DNA from: an uncultured Candidatus Saccharibacteria bacterium
Lineage (GTDB): Bacteria; Patescibacteriota; Saccharimonadia; Saccharimonadales; AWTP1-31
Reading direction: 5' to 3'
Assembly: GCA_964530555.1 (NCBI GenBank)
Contig: CAZHBD010000001.1
Location: forward strand, 1,835 to 65,834
Length of the DNA stretch: 64,000 nucleotides
The notes under the pieces were generated by a model that saw nothing but the letters and a program-made list of their open reading frames with translations, was not told the DNA's origin and did not search any database. Below, in pieces: positions 28,075 to 36,787 of this stretch; positions within the stretch are counted from its first letter, which is position 1, and every line of letters begins with the position of its first letter. Position numbers and translations under genes: made by a program.

Positions 28075-29100
28075 CTATACTTTTGACTTTGCAAGGGTTT
28101 GTTGCCAGCGCCAGGCGTCGACTAGTGCCTCGCCGAGCGTCTTTTCTGATCTCCAATCTAAGAGCCGATTGGCTTTTTCAACCGCAGCATACGAAGCAAC
28201 AATGTCGCCAGGGCGGCGCTTGCCAATAACGTAGGGAACTTTTTGGTCGGTTACTTTTTCAAACGTTTGTATAACTTCTAGTACACTGCTGCCGACACCG
28301 GTGCCAACATTACAAAAATCATACGATCCTGCAGCTTGGCTAGTAATGTACTCCATTGCTTTTATGTGGGCTTTCGCGAGGTCGACCACATGAATGTAGT
28401 CCCGGATGCACGTGCCATCAGGTGTTGGATAATCATCGCCAAAGACAGTTAACTGTTCTCGCCAGCCAGCAACAGTTTGAGTGATAAATGGTACTAGAAT
28501 CGATGGTACGCCTCGTGGCAGCTCGCCAATAAGACCAGACGGGTGCGCGCCTATTGGGTTAAAGTAGCGAAGTGCCATAGCTCGTAGACGCGAGCTCGCT
28601 TGAGTAGAGTCGCGCAGTATTTCTTCGTCCATTTGTTTAGTAGCCCCGTAAGGTGACGCAGCCGGCTTAATGGGTGAATCTTCGGTCAGCGGTAGAGCAT
28701 CGGCTTCACCATAGACGGTGCAAGACGATGAAAATATTATGCTGATTGGTTTTTGAGTGTCCTCTAGTTCTTTCAGCAAAGTTACAAAGCCGCTGACGTT
28801 GTTTTCGTAATATTTGAGCGGTTGTTTCACCGATTCGCCAACTGCCTTAAAGGCTGCAAAGTGGATAACGCCCTCAATAGATTCTGTATCTAAAACTCGG
28901 CGTAATAATTCGCGATCTTGAAAGTCGCCTTCATAGAGCATTGGTTTTTGTTTGGTAATGTTGGTAATCCCCTTGATGACACCTGGTTCGGAATTGCTAA
29001 AATTATCGATAATAATCGGCCGGTAACCCGCAGCAATTAGCTCCACGACCGTGTGTGAGCCAATAAAACCACAACCACCTGTAACCAAAACATTTTTCAC
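28075..29100 (-). CDS. galE: UDP-glucose 4-epimerase
   Basis: VLVTGGCGFIGSH Rossmann motif, YGATK catalytic YxxxK, 341 aa. Confidence 0.85.
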   Translation of the reverse strand: MKNVLVTGGCGFIGSHTVVELIAAGYRPIIIDNFSNSEPGVIKGITNITKQKPMLYEGDFQDRELLRRVLDTESIEGVIHFAAFKAVGESVKQPLKYYENNVSGFVTLLKELEDTQKPISIIFSSSCTVYGEADALPLTEDSPIKPAASPYGATKQMDEEILRDSTQASSRLRAMALRYFNPIGAHPSGLIGELPRGVPSILVPFITQTVAGWREQLTVFGDDYPTPDGTCIRDYIHVVDLAKAHIKAMEYITSQAAGSYDFCNVGTGVGSSVLEVIQTFEKVTDQKVPYVIGKRRPGDIVASYAAVEKANRLLDWRSEKTLGEALVDAWRWQQTLAKSKV

Positions 29101-30191
29101 TGAGATACCTTGCTAGCAACGAGCTGTTTAAATTCTTCGCGGAAGCGCTCAGCTCGATATTGGTGAGCATACTTGGCGATCACTTCGGCATCAAATTTTT
29201 TTAGATCAAACTGCTTGAGTACATCGACTAGGCTTGTGACACTTTGCTCGTCAAAAAATAACCCAGTTTTTCCTGGCAAAACATAATCCAGCGCTCCCCC
29301 AGCTTTGTAGGCAATCACCGGAGTACCGCTAGCCATAGCCTCGACGGGGGCGATCCCAAAATCTTCGAGAGCCGCAAAGAGAAAAGCTTCAGCGGAAGCC
29401 AGTCTCGCGGCGACTACCTCGTCTGGTGCAGTAGTGTTGAAACGGATCGTTGGTCCGGCCAATGAAGTAAGACGGGGTAGATCTGGACCACGGCCAATGA
29501 CTAGAAGCGGCATCTGTAGTTGATTACAGGCTTCAATTAAGATGTCTAGCTTTTTATTTGGCACCAAACGACTGACTGTCACAAAGCCTGAGCGGACCTT
29601 GTTCTTTCGTTGCTTTTCGAAGCGCTCAATTGCAACGGGAGGATGTATGATGACGGAATTACGTTTGTAGTAGTGTTTAATATCCTGCTGAATGTGTTTT
29701 GAGTTGGCAATAATTACATCAGGCTTTTGGGCTGCAGCATAATCGTGCTTTTTCAATGGACCAACCAATAACCCCAGACCGAGCCGGGCAAGTGGACTGA
29801 ATATGCCAAAGCCGGGTTGTTTCATGTATTGTTCGTAGTGTCGCCAATAAAAGTGGGTTGGGCTGTGGCAATAGCAGATGTGTAGCGCGCCGTTTCGGAC
29901 GTTTACATCTTTCGCCTCGCCATTACCTGCGCTACTGATTACAATGTCGTAGGCTTGGAGATTAAGCCTTCTGAACCAGTATCTCCTAAGCGGGGGTATA
30001 AACTTTCTGAGCTTGCCAAAGGGCCAGTGCTGCAGATAGCCGGTGACTACTTTGTCATCGAGTTTTTTACGCCACTCGTCGCTACAGTAAGACGTATAAA
30101 TAGGTGCTTCGGGGTACAGTGTATGTAATTCTTGAACAACACGCTCTGCGCCACCACCAACCAACCAATCGTGGACGATGGCAACTTTCAC
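29097..30191 (-). CDS. Glycosyltransferase, GT4 family
   Basis: MKVAIVHDWLVGGGAERV N-terminus and EDFGIAPVEAMASGTPVIAYKAGG. Confidence 0.8.
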   Translation of the reverse strand: MKVAIVHDWLVGGGAERVVQELHTLYPEAPIYTSYCSDEWRKKLDDKVVTGYLQHWPFGKLRKFIPPLRRYWFRRLNLQAYDIVISSAGNGEAKDVNVRNGALHICYCHSPTHFYWRHYEQYMKQPGFGIFSPLARLGLGLLVGPLKKHDYAAAQKPDVIIANSKHIQQDIKHYYKRNSVIIHPPVAIERFEKQRKNKVRSGFVTVSRLVPNKKLDILIEACNQLQMPLLVIGRGPDLPRLTSLAGPTIRFNTTAPDEVVAARLASAEAFLFAALEDFGIAPVEAMASGTPVIAYKAGGALDYVLPGKTGLFFDEQSVTSLVDVLKQFDLKKFDAEVIAKYAHQYRAERFREEFKQLVASKVSQ

Positions 30192-31636
30192 GGTTCGAAA
30201 ACACCATTAACTACTGTTCGTACGGTCTTTAACAAGATCGTTATATCGAGCCAGAAGCTCCAGTTTTGTACATAGTAAGTATCCAACTTGCGTCGCTCAT
30301 CAAAGCTGATTTCTCGCCGGCCCGACACTTGAGCTAGGCCGGTAATCCCAGATTTAACACTCAGGATGGTGTGTTTTTTGGCATACTCATCGAGCTCACG
30401 AGGTACTAAGGCTCGTGGGCCAACCAAGCTGATGTCTCCCTTAAGGACGTTAAACAATTGCGGTAATTCATCGAGACTGGTTTTGCGAATAAAGCTACCA
30501 ACTGGGGTGACGCGAAAATCTTTATCGAGCTTGTCGCCATTTTTTCGGTATTCTTCAATAAGTTCCGGTTTGCCCACCATGCGGAAGACTTCTTCATCGG
30601 TTTTACCATCAAACTTTGCATAGTGCGAGCGGAATTTGTAGACTTTGAAGACTTGGTTAAAGCGTGTCAGCCGATTTTGCTGCACGCCCCGCATGATCAT
30701 CGGCCCTTTGGGGTCGTTAAGTTTTACGGCAATTGCGACTAACAACATGATAGGGCTACTGAGAACAATCAGAATACTGCTTGCGAAAATATCAAACAAA
30801 CGCTTTACGACACGTCCCCAGCCTATAAGTGGCGTTTGGTGTACAGCGATCATGGGAATGGAGCGAAACAGGTCTACGACGATGTTGCCAACAAACAGAT
30901 CGCTATTGCCGGGAATAAATCTGTAGGCCATATGATTGGCTTGAGCATAATCTAAAATCACGCTGTTCTTGGTTGAGTTTGGGTACAGTTCTGTCTGAAT
31001 GATGCTGTATATGCTACCTGTTTTGAGATTCTCGCAGGCTTCGGCAAAAGTGGCGAAGACTTTAAACCCATGGAGCCCAGCCAGTTTTTCCCTCTCGCCA
31101 ACCACTGCTACAACTTTGTACCCAGAATTACGTGTATCCAGTAGGGACTCAATAAGCTCGCGGGCCAAGGGGTTGTCGCCGACAATCAGCACTCGATTCA
31201 CACCAATACCGTAACGGTATAGTTCAATACGTAAGATACGTAGCAGTGTACGGGTAATAAGCAGGAACCCAAACCCAATACCCAAGGCATAGATGGGGAC
31301 TAAACGGGCAGGGAAGAGGTTTTCAGGTGAGACAAAATCGTAGCCAATAACAACCAGGATCCCCAAAAATGAACCGATCAAAAGGCGACCAAGTTCAGAA
31401 AAGCGCTTTTCATAAACTGCCTGGTTATACAGGCCAATAAAGCCGTGGACCAAAATCCACAATGGTAATACCGTAACAAAGGCCCAAAAATATGTGCGTG
31501 CCGGTATAGCTGTGATTAGCGGACGAGTATCAAACTTAACGCGCAAGATATACGCCAAGCTGAATGCGGCCAGAAGCGCCAAGAAATCTCCTATAACGAG
31601 CAGAACGGTGTATGGCAGGTTGCTGTTATTTTTCAT
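30188..31636 (-). CDS. Polyprenyl-phosphate hexose-1-phosphate transferase (WbaP/CpsE-type initiating sugar transferase)
   Basis: N-terminal TM segments and a C-terminal bacterial sugar-transferase signature: LDELPQLFNVLKGDISLVGPRA...GITGLAQV. Confidence 0.85.
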   Translation of the reverse strand: MKNNSNLPYTVLLVIGDFLALLAAFSLAYILRVKFDTRPLITAIPARTYFWAFVTVLPLWILVHGFIGLYNQAVYEKRFSELGRLLIGSFLGILVVIGYDFVSPENLFPARLVPIYALGIGFGFLLITRTLLRILRIELYRYGIGVNRVLIVGDNPLARELIESLLDTRNSGYKVVAVVGEREKLAGLHGFKVFATFAEACENLKTGSIYSIIQTELYPNSTKNSVILDYAQANHMAYRFIPGNSDLFVGNIVVDLFRSIPMIAVHQTPLIGWGRVVKRLFDIFASSILIVLSSPIMLLVAIAVKLNDPKGPMIMRGVQQNRLTRFNQVFKVYKFRSHYAKFDGKTDEEVFRMVGKPELIEEYRKNGDKLDKDFRVTPVGSFIRKTSLDELPQLFNVLKGDISLVGPRALVPRELDEYAKKHTILSVKSGITGLAQVSGRREISFDERRKLDTYYVQNWSFWLDITILLKTVRTVVNGVFEP

Positions 31637-31657
31637 AGGCTAACTTCTCTCATTGTA

Positions 31658-32992
31658 TCACTTTGCCCGGGAACTTCGACTAGGCATCGGCGGAGTGTCT
31701 TTTGGTGCCACCAGTGTTAGGCCCACAAAGAAGCCTGTCAGAATGGTGACGGGGAAGTTGCTCCACACGGGAATCACTAGGCTAGCAGCAAACAGTCCTA
31801 CTAGACCAGAGCTGACTGGTTTGGCGTAAGGTGAGTTAGATGAACGAACTAACTGAAGAGTCAAGATGAACAGTGTCATGAAGAAAGTAACCCCAAGCCA
31901 ACCATATTGAACCCCGATATCAAGCAAAGCGCTCTCTGATTCAATTGAGGGCCCATCTTGAAGCGCAGCGCCTACTGCCCCAGCGCTACCTGGACCACTG
32001 CCCCAAGGATGACGTGCAATATATTCGACTCCCTGTCTCTTGGCGGAGATGTGCTGGCTGGTAGAGTCGCTGGAGTCACTCTTGTGTAGGATAAACTGAT
32101 CGAACACATTGCTCTGCGCGGCAACTACCAGCCCTAATGTAAGCAAACTCAGAGCGCCAGCAATAAGTGCAACGCTATAATTGCGTAGGGCTTTCCTGAG
32201 CTTTGGCGTCACCAACACCAAGCAGGCGCTACCAACACTAGCCGCCAGTAATGCGCTACGTGAAAAAGTCAGAGCAAGTAAGGTTACTAAACTGCCAACA
32301 GAGGTTAAAAACAGATTTTTGTAGCGTGTTGTTCGTACCAAACTAGCATACATCGCAACCAAAAGCGGGATGACTAGTAAGGCTCCTAGCTCGTTTGGGT
32401 TGCGGGCAAATCCCCGCGTGCGCAACCAGCCGCTGGTGCCGCCGGTTCGCAAGATTGTCTCGCCGCCGCACTGCCCATAGCCTAGCCAGCTATCAACGTG
32501 TTGGTGCAAGCCAGCCGCATATAGCAATACAGCGAGGACCGAGAACAGTCCAAAACTTAAAACGATCGTCTCAGTCAGTGCCGCCGGTTTCGTCTTAGGA
32601 GAATTCGTATCGGCAATCTGTAAAATTACCCAAAACAGCACAGTGTCTAGAAGTAGAGCGAGCAGTGTTTCGCGCAGGCTGGCATGAGTCTGCCAACCAC
32701 GAAGCAAAATCCAGCCACTGTAGCTACATAACAGTATGCAGAATACTAGTAAGCGGCGGTTTTGCTTAATCTGCTGCAGTGGCTTTCTCTGCCGGATCTG
32801 TAATGCCCAAATACCACCAATTTCGAAAGCAAATAAAAGGAGAATGATATCTGCAATACGTCCAGCTTGTGCACAGTCAGTTATTTTTTGGACAAGCGAA
32901 GAGGTTACTCCGTGGACAAACAGAAGACTAGCAAGGGCTACAAGGAAGAACCCGTAAGGGCGACTACCAAGTTGCGTCAGTCTTCTGAACAT
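31658..32992 (-). CDS. O-antigen ligase/polymerase-like (Wzy_C family) membrane protein
   Basis: 444 aa with ~10 TM segments and a loop motif RTRGFARNPNELGALL typical of this family. Confidence 0.65.
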   Translation of the reverse strand: MFRRLTQLGSRPYGFFLVALASLLFVHGVTSSLVQKITDCAQAGRIADIILLLFAFEIGGIWALQIRQRKPLQQIKQNRRLLVFCILLCSYSGWILLRGWQTHASLRETLLALLLDTVLFWVILQIADTNSPKTKPAALTETIVLSFGLFSVLAVLLYAAGLHQHVDSWLGYGQCGGETILRTGGTSGWLRTRGFARNPNELGALLVIPLLVAMYASLVRTTRYKNLFLTSVGSLVTLLALTFSRSALLAASVGSACLVLVTPKLRKALRNYSVALIAGALSLLTLGLVVAAQSNVFDQFILHKSDSSDSTSQHISAKRQGVEYIARHPWGSGPGSAGAVGAALQDGPSIESESALLDIGVQYGWLGVTFFMTLFILTLQLVRSSNSPYAKPVSSGLVGLFAASLVIPVWSNFPVTILTGFFVGLTLVAPKDTPPMPSRSSRAK

Positions 32993-34655
32993 AATCGGTC
33001 CCCAAGATTATGACAAAGTCAGCTTGCGGCGATTGCGAGGTTGACGAAGATTGTTGACTATCTGTTGAAGCAGGCTTAGCACCCGAGGGCATGTCAGTAA
33101 TCGGCACGGTACCAAATCGTTGCGATAAGTAGCGATAAGTGAACGGTTTATCAGCCTGGGTCTGCTTGACAACTACTGTTTTTGACTGGATGCTAGCACT
33201 ACTGTCTTTGCTGAGTATCTTGTATCCATAGCCAGCTAAAACATCGGCTACTAAGGTTGCTGCCCCGGCACGCCCCGAGCCGTTATAGACGGCTACTGTT
33301 GGTTCTTCACGCTTGAGGAAGGGATCGATCATGTTATTGCGGGTATAGGCACGGATTTTTGAGTAATCATTGAGCCCCGCAGTGGGTCTGACAACTGATT
33401 GATTACCAACCATGCCGGTCGATACCAGTGGACCATCAGGTTTTGCGAGATCAAGTGATTTTATCTTGTTGTCGGGTAAATCTTTGGCTTTACCAAACAG
33501 CGTTTTTGCTTCATCGACGGTTAAATCGGTACGGATATTCTTTTGAATTGCGTTGGCGAGACTATTCAGGCGTACAGGGTTGGCTACAATGCCACTCGTG
33601 GTTGCTTTGTCGCGCATAGCAATGATAAGTTGTCGTTGTCGCTCACTGCGGTCAAAGTCACCCCTTGTGCTGCCATGGCGTGAACGAGCATATTGTAGCG
33701 CTCGCGCGCCATCCATGTGCTGTTGCCCAGCCCTAAAGAAATAGTTGGTGTAATAGTCGTTAATTGCCTCGGGGACGGTTATGTCGACTCCACCCAGTGC
33801 ATTCACGACGTCGCGGAAGGCTTTGAAGTCGAGCAATACGTATTTATGAACAGGTACGCCCGCGACCAAGCGTGAAGCGGCGATCGCTGCTTTGACGCCT
33901 TCTTTTTCAGCGTCATCTTTGTTCATGCCTTTGTAAGTCGCTTGTTCGAGGCCGGTGTTATAGACAGAGTTAATCTTGCTACTACTGTACCCGCTGTTTT
34001 GTACCCACATATCTCGAGGAATACTAAGCATCGCAGCTTCTTTGGTCTCCAAATCCACGCTGGCTACAATAATTGTGTCTGTCAGATTCGGTGCATCGTT
34101 CTCATCACCACCCCGCCCCAAGATGAGAATATTTAGACGACCATCGCCTTCGGTATTTACTTTGTCTGGGGTGATCTTATCATTGAGCGCCGCTGATGAT
34201 GCATTGCCAACGGTCTTGGAGAAAACAGAGTGCAGAAAACTGTACAATCGAATCCCCAACGCGGCACCAAGCCCGAGTAAAATAATGAAACTAATGAGGA
34301 AGACTTTAAATTTACGCGATCGATTTTTCCACCAACGGCGTAGCTTACCCGGTTCTCGTTTTTCTTTCTTTGATTTATGTCGTGGCTCGGGCCGAATTGA
34401 TTTGGCGAATTCGTTGCCAGTATCCACTTTTGAAAAATCACTCAAGTCCGACTCAGGCTCAACTGGTGCTTTGGCCGTAGCTTCTCTTTGGGGAGTAATA
34501 GAGCGACGACTTGTTTGGGTAGGGGTGAAGCCTTCAGGGAGATCTTTGGCGCCGCGATAATACGTCGGCATGCCAATTTGCCGCCGACCGCTGGGGAGAA
34601 TACCGTCGACTGACTCGCGTGAGGCTCGTTTTTTGGGGCCCTTAAAGTTCGGCAT
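32964..34655 (-). CDS. LytR-CpsA-Psr (LCP) family glycopolymer ligase with a LytR_C domain
   Basis: RLNILILGRGGDE...TDTIIVASVD...SIPRDMWV...SKINSVY core. C-terminal TVAVYNGSGRAGAAT. The start is set at MPNFKG (34655); the track ORF reaches 34763. Confidence 0.85.
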   Translation of the reverse strand: MPNFKGPKKRASRESVDGILPSGRRQIGMPTYYRGAKDLPEGFTPTQTSRRSITPQREATAKAPVEPESDLSDFSKVDTGNEFAKSIRPEPRHKSKKEKREPGKLRRWWKNRSRKFKVFLISFIILLGLGAALGIRLYSFLHSVFSKTVGNASSAALNDKITPDKVNTEGDGRLNILILGRGGDENDAPNLTDTIIVASVDLETKEAAMLSIPRDMWVQNSGYSSSKINSVYNTGLEQATYKGMNKDDAEKEGVKAAIAASRLVAGVPVHKYVLLDFKAFRDVVNALGGVDITVPEAINDYYTNYFFRAGQQHMDGARALQYARSRHGSTRGDFDRSERQRQLIIAMRDKATTSGIVANPVRLNSLANAIQKNIRTDLTVDEAKTLFGKAKDLPDNKIKSLDLAKPDGPLVSTGMVGNQSVVRPTAGLNDYSKIRAYTRNNMIDPFLKREEPTVAVYNGSGRAGAATLVADVLAGYGYKILSKDSSASIQSKTVVVKQTQADKPFTYRYLSQRFGTVPITDMPSGAKPASTDSQQSSSTSQSPQADFVIILGTDYVQKTDATW

Positions 34656-34664
34656 ATGGATCAA

Positions 34665-34673
34665 ATTATAGCA
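34665..34673 (-). promoter_or_regulatory. Candidate extended -10 promoter (TGcTATAAT on minus strand) 9 nt upstream of the LCP ATG
   Basis: The minus strand reads CTTATGCTATAATTTGATCCATATG. The same 14-mer CTTATGCTATAATT recurs at 41255-41268. Confidence 0.5.
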
Positions 34674-34711
34674 TAAGAACTGCCGAAAAAACCGCTGATA
34701 ACGCTGTAAAC

Positions 34712-34720
34712 TGCTATACT
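34712..34720 (+). promoter_or_regulatory. Candidate extended -10 promoter (TGcTATACT) for the gtrA-like/lexA-like/uppP unit
   Basis: TGCTATACT at 34712-34720, which argues against the GTG start at 34721 proposed by the track. Confidence 0.45.
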
Positions 34721-34744
34721 GTGTATAAGATAAGCAAAACCATA

Positions 34745-35179
34745 ATGGCCAAACAACGCACAAAAGATAAATATCGACGTTTTACCCAGTTTGCCGAGTA
34801 CTTAGTTAGTGGTGGAGCCTTCTTTTGGAGTGGCTATCTGATGTTCTTTTTCTGTGATCACTTACTCCACTGGGGTCTCTGGTGGGCCAAGCTCACGGCC
34901 AATGTCACAGGCTGGACAATTAACTATCTGTTACAGCGCTACTGGGTGTTCAACAATAAAAACCTAAAGAAGCAGCAGTCAAAGGTTACGCAACGTTATA
35001 TCGCGTTGACCGCAGCCAACTTTGTCATCGATTACCTGATTGTGCGCACTCTTAAGGCAGCTGGGCTAACCCCTTATCTCGGCCAGTTTGTATCGGCAGG
35101 CTTTTTCACCGGCTGGAACTACCTCTGGTATCGCTACTGGGTGTTCCCGGAGCGCAAAACGAAGCGAGCTAGAGTATGA
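34745..35179 (+). CDS. GtrA-family membrane protein
   Basis: FTQFAEYLVSGGAFFWSGYL...LQRYWVFNN...LWYRYWVFP. Start set at MAKQRTK (34745). Confidence 0.7.
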   Translation: MAKQRTKDKYRRFTQFAEYLVSGGAFFWSGYLMFFFCDHLLHWGLWWAKLTANVTGWTINYLLQRYWVFNNKNLKKQQSKVTQRYIALTAANFVIDYLIVRTLKAAGLTPYLGQFVSAGFFTGWNYLWYRYWVFPERKTKRARV

Positions 35180-35655
35180 AGCCTGCTAAGCCCGAGCCGC
35201 CAACGACTACCATTCGACCGACAAAAAAACAGCGCGAACTGCTGGGCTTTATCGATGCCTTTATTGCCGAGCATGGTTACAGTCCGAGCTACCGCGAGAT
35301 TATGAAAGGACTTGAGTACACCTCTGTAGCAACTGTCTCACTACATGTTAATAGCCTTATTAAGCGAGGGCATTTACGCAAACGGGACTACTCGGCACGT
35401 TCGCTCGAAGTTGTTTCGCCTGGCGAAGCCAAGAAGATATCGACCAATCGTGTTAAGGAGTCGGAGGAGAAATGGCTGGTCAATAAAATTGAACATTTCT
35501 TTGCTGAAGCCGAGGCAGGTAAAGCAACTGAAGCCACCATGGACGGATTGTTTGTACTAGTTGGCGCACTTAAAGTCTTAGGCTTAGACGGAGCTGCGCA
35601 GTCGTTTATCCCACGCTTAAGCGAGCTAAAAAAGAAGCTGGGCGCGGGGAAATAG
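35176..35655 (+). CDS. LexA-type winged-helix DNA-binding domain protein lacking the S24 peptidase domain
   Basis: The N-terminus KKQRELLGFIDAFIAEHGYSPSYREIMKGLEYTSVATVSLHVNSLIKRGHLRK matches the LexA DNA-binding domain pattern. The ~80 C-terminal residues show no Ala-Gly/Ser-Lys peptidase features. The start overlaps the gtrA stop (ATGA). Confidence 0.6.
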   Translation: MKPAKPEPPTTTIRPTKKQRELLGFIDAFIAEHGYSPSYREIMKGLEYTSVATVSLHVNSLIKRGHLRKRDYSARSLEVVSPGEAKKISTNRVKESEEKWLVNKIEHFFAEAEAGKATEATMDGLFVLVGALKVLGLDGAAQSFIPRLSELKKKLGAGK

Positions 35656-35669
35656 CGTACCATTAGTTT

Positions 35670-36476
35670 ATGGCATTCGTGCACGCAATTCTCCTAGGGA
35701 TCATAGAAGGGCTAACCGAGTTTCTGCCGGTTTCAAGTACCGGGCATCTACTGGTCGCCGAAAAATTGATTGGCTACAAGGATGTTGCTGAAGTCTTTAC
35801 GGTTGTTATCCAGGTGGGCGCGATCGCTGCCGTATTGTGGTTTTACCGCCAAGACCTTTGTGATAAAGTTCGTAAGCTCATCGCCCGTGATCAGGCAACT
35901 GTCCGGTTTTGGCGCAATTGGGTTTTGGCTACTATCCCGGCTGGTGCGATCGGCGTCTTGCTCGACAACTCCCTCTCTAAAGTTTCCACACTGCCGGTAA
36001 TTGCTGTCGCTCTAATAATCGGCGGTGTATGTATGTGGGCTATCGAAACCTACCATACTCCTAAAACAGCTGCCACGAAGCCAAAACTTGAGCAACTGAC
36101 ACTCAAACAGTCGCTGCAGGTTGGTTGCTACCAGATCCTGTCGTTAATACCTGGTGTGTCACGCTCCGGTGCCACAATCATGGGTGGCCTCTTAAGTGGG
36201 CTTGATCGAGTGACCGCCACAGCGTTTTCTTTCTATCTCAGTATGCCGATCCTGGTGCTGGCAAGTGGTTACAAGCTGGTTAAGAACAAGGATAGTTTGC
36301 ATCTGGTAGATGGTGGTTCGGTAGCGATTTTGCTGGGGGCGATAACAACCTTTATCGTTGCTTTCGTCGTGGTGAAATGGCTGCTACGTTACGTAAGCAA
36401 GCATGATTTTAAGCCATTTGCCTACTATCGAGTTGCCCTCGGTTTACTTATCTTGTGCATTCTCGCCCTACGCTAG
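35670..36476 (+). CDS. uppP: Undecaprenyl-diphosphate phosphatase
   Basis: EFLPVSSTGHL and PGVSRSGATI motifs; 268 aa with ~8 TM segments. Confidence 0.9.
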   Translation: MAFVHAILLGIIEGLTEFLPVSSTGHLLVAEKLIGYKDVAEVFTVVIQVGAIAAVLWFYRQDLCDKVRKLIARDQATVRFWRNWVLATIPAGAIGVLLDNSLSKVSTLPVIAVALIIGGVCMWAIETYHTPKTAATKPKLEQLTLKQSLQVGCYQILSLIPGVSRSGATIMGGLLSGLDRVTATAFSFYLSMPILVLASGYKLVKNKDSLHLVDGGSVAILLGAITTFIVAFVVVKWLLRYVSKHDFKPFAYYRVALGLLILCILALR

Positions 36477-36539
36477 ATATAGCGTCTCTTGCTGCAAATT
36501 TTACGGCACATTTTGCTTTTAAACAGAAGCAATTAGGTG

Positions 36540-36720
36540 CATACTAGGAGCACTTAACAATAAAAACGCTGGAAGCAGGTGGAAATCCTGCACTGTGCCG
36601 CAACGGTAAGGCCGCCCTAAAAGGGGAAAGAGCAGCCCGACAAAATGTCGCATCATTTTGCCGGCGCGAAGAGAAAAACCACAGGTTTGTCTCAATCAGG
36701 CTAAGTCCGATCTAGCAATA
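36540..36720 (+). promoter_or_regulatory. Candidate cobalamin (B12) riboswitch aptamer
   Basis: Ordered conserved blocks: GGAAGCAGGTGGAAATCCTGC (36571-36591), GCCGCAACGGTAAGG (36597-36611), CCACAGG (36679-36685), AAGTCCGA (36703-36710). A closing helix is possible between CTAGG 36544-36548 and TCTAG 36711-36715. Compared by eye with E. coli btuB and the RF00174 consensus. Confidence 0.6.
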
Positions 36721-36787
36721 AAGTCTTCCGAGCAGAAGTGCCCATCTTTTTTGACGCCCTCTGCTCGCCGAGCATGAGGGTATTTTC

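Noticed and set aside
33976-34560. 194-aa plus-strand ORF (and several 60-90-aa ORFs) inside the LCP gene; similarly 40528-40980(+) inside the CPA2 gene and 42920-43336(-) and others inside the 519-aa gene.
   Set aside because: They lie antisense to ORFs with clear family motifs or much longer length. Their translations are Arg/Ser/Leu-rich, typical of the reverse frame of coding DNA.
36492-36520. Possible terminator after uppP (GCAAA...TTTGC followed by TTTTAAA).
   Set aside because: The stem is only 5 bp with a mismatch and the U-tract is poor, which is too weak to call. It also matters little, because the downstream riboswitch-like leader could be transcribed by read-through or from its own, unidentified promoter.
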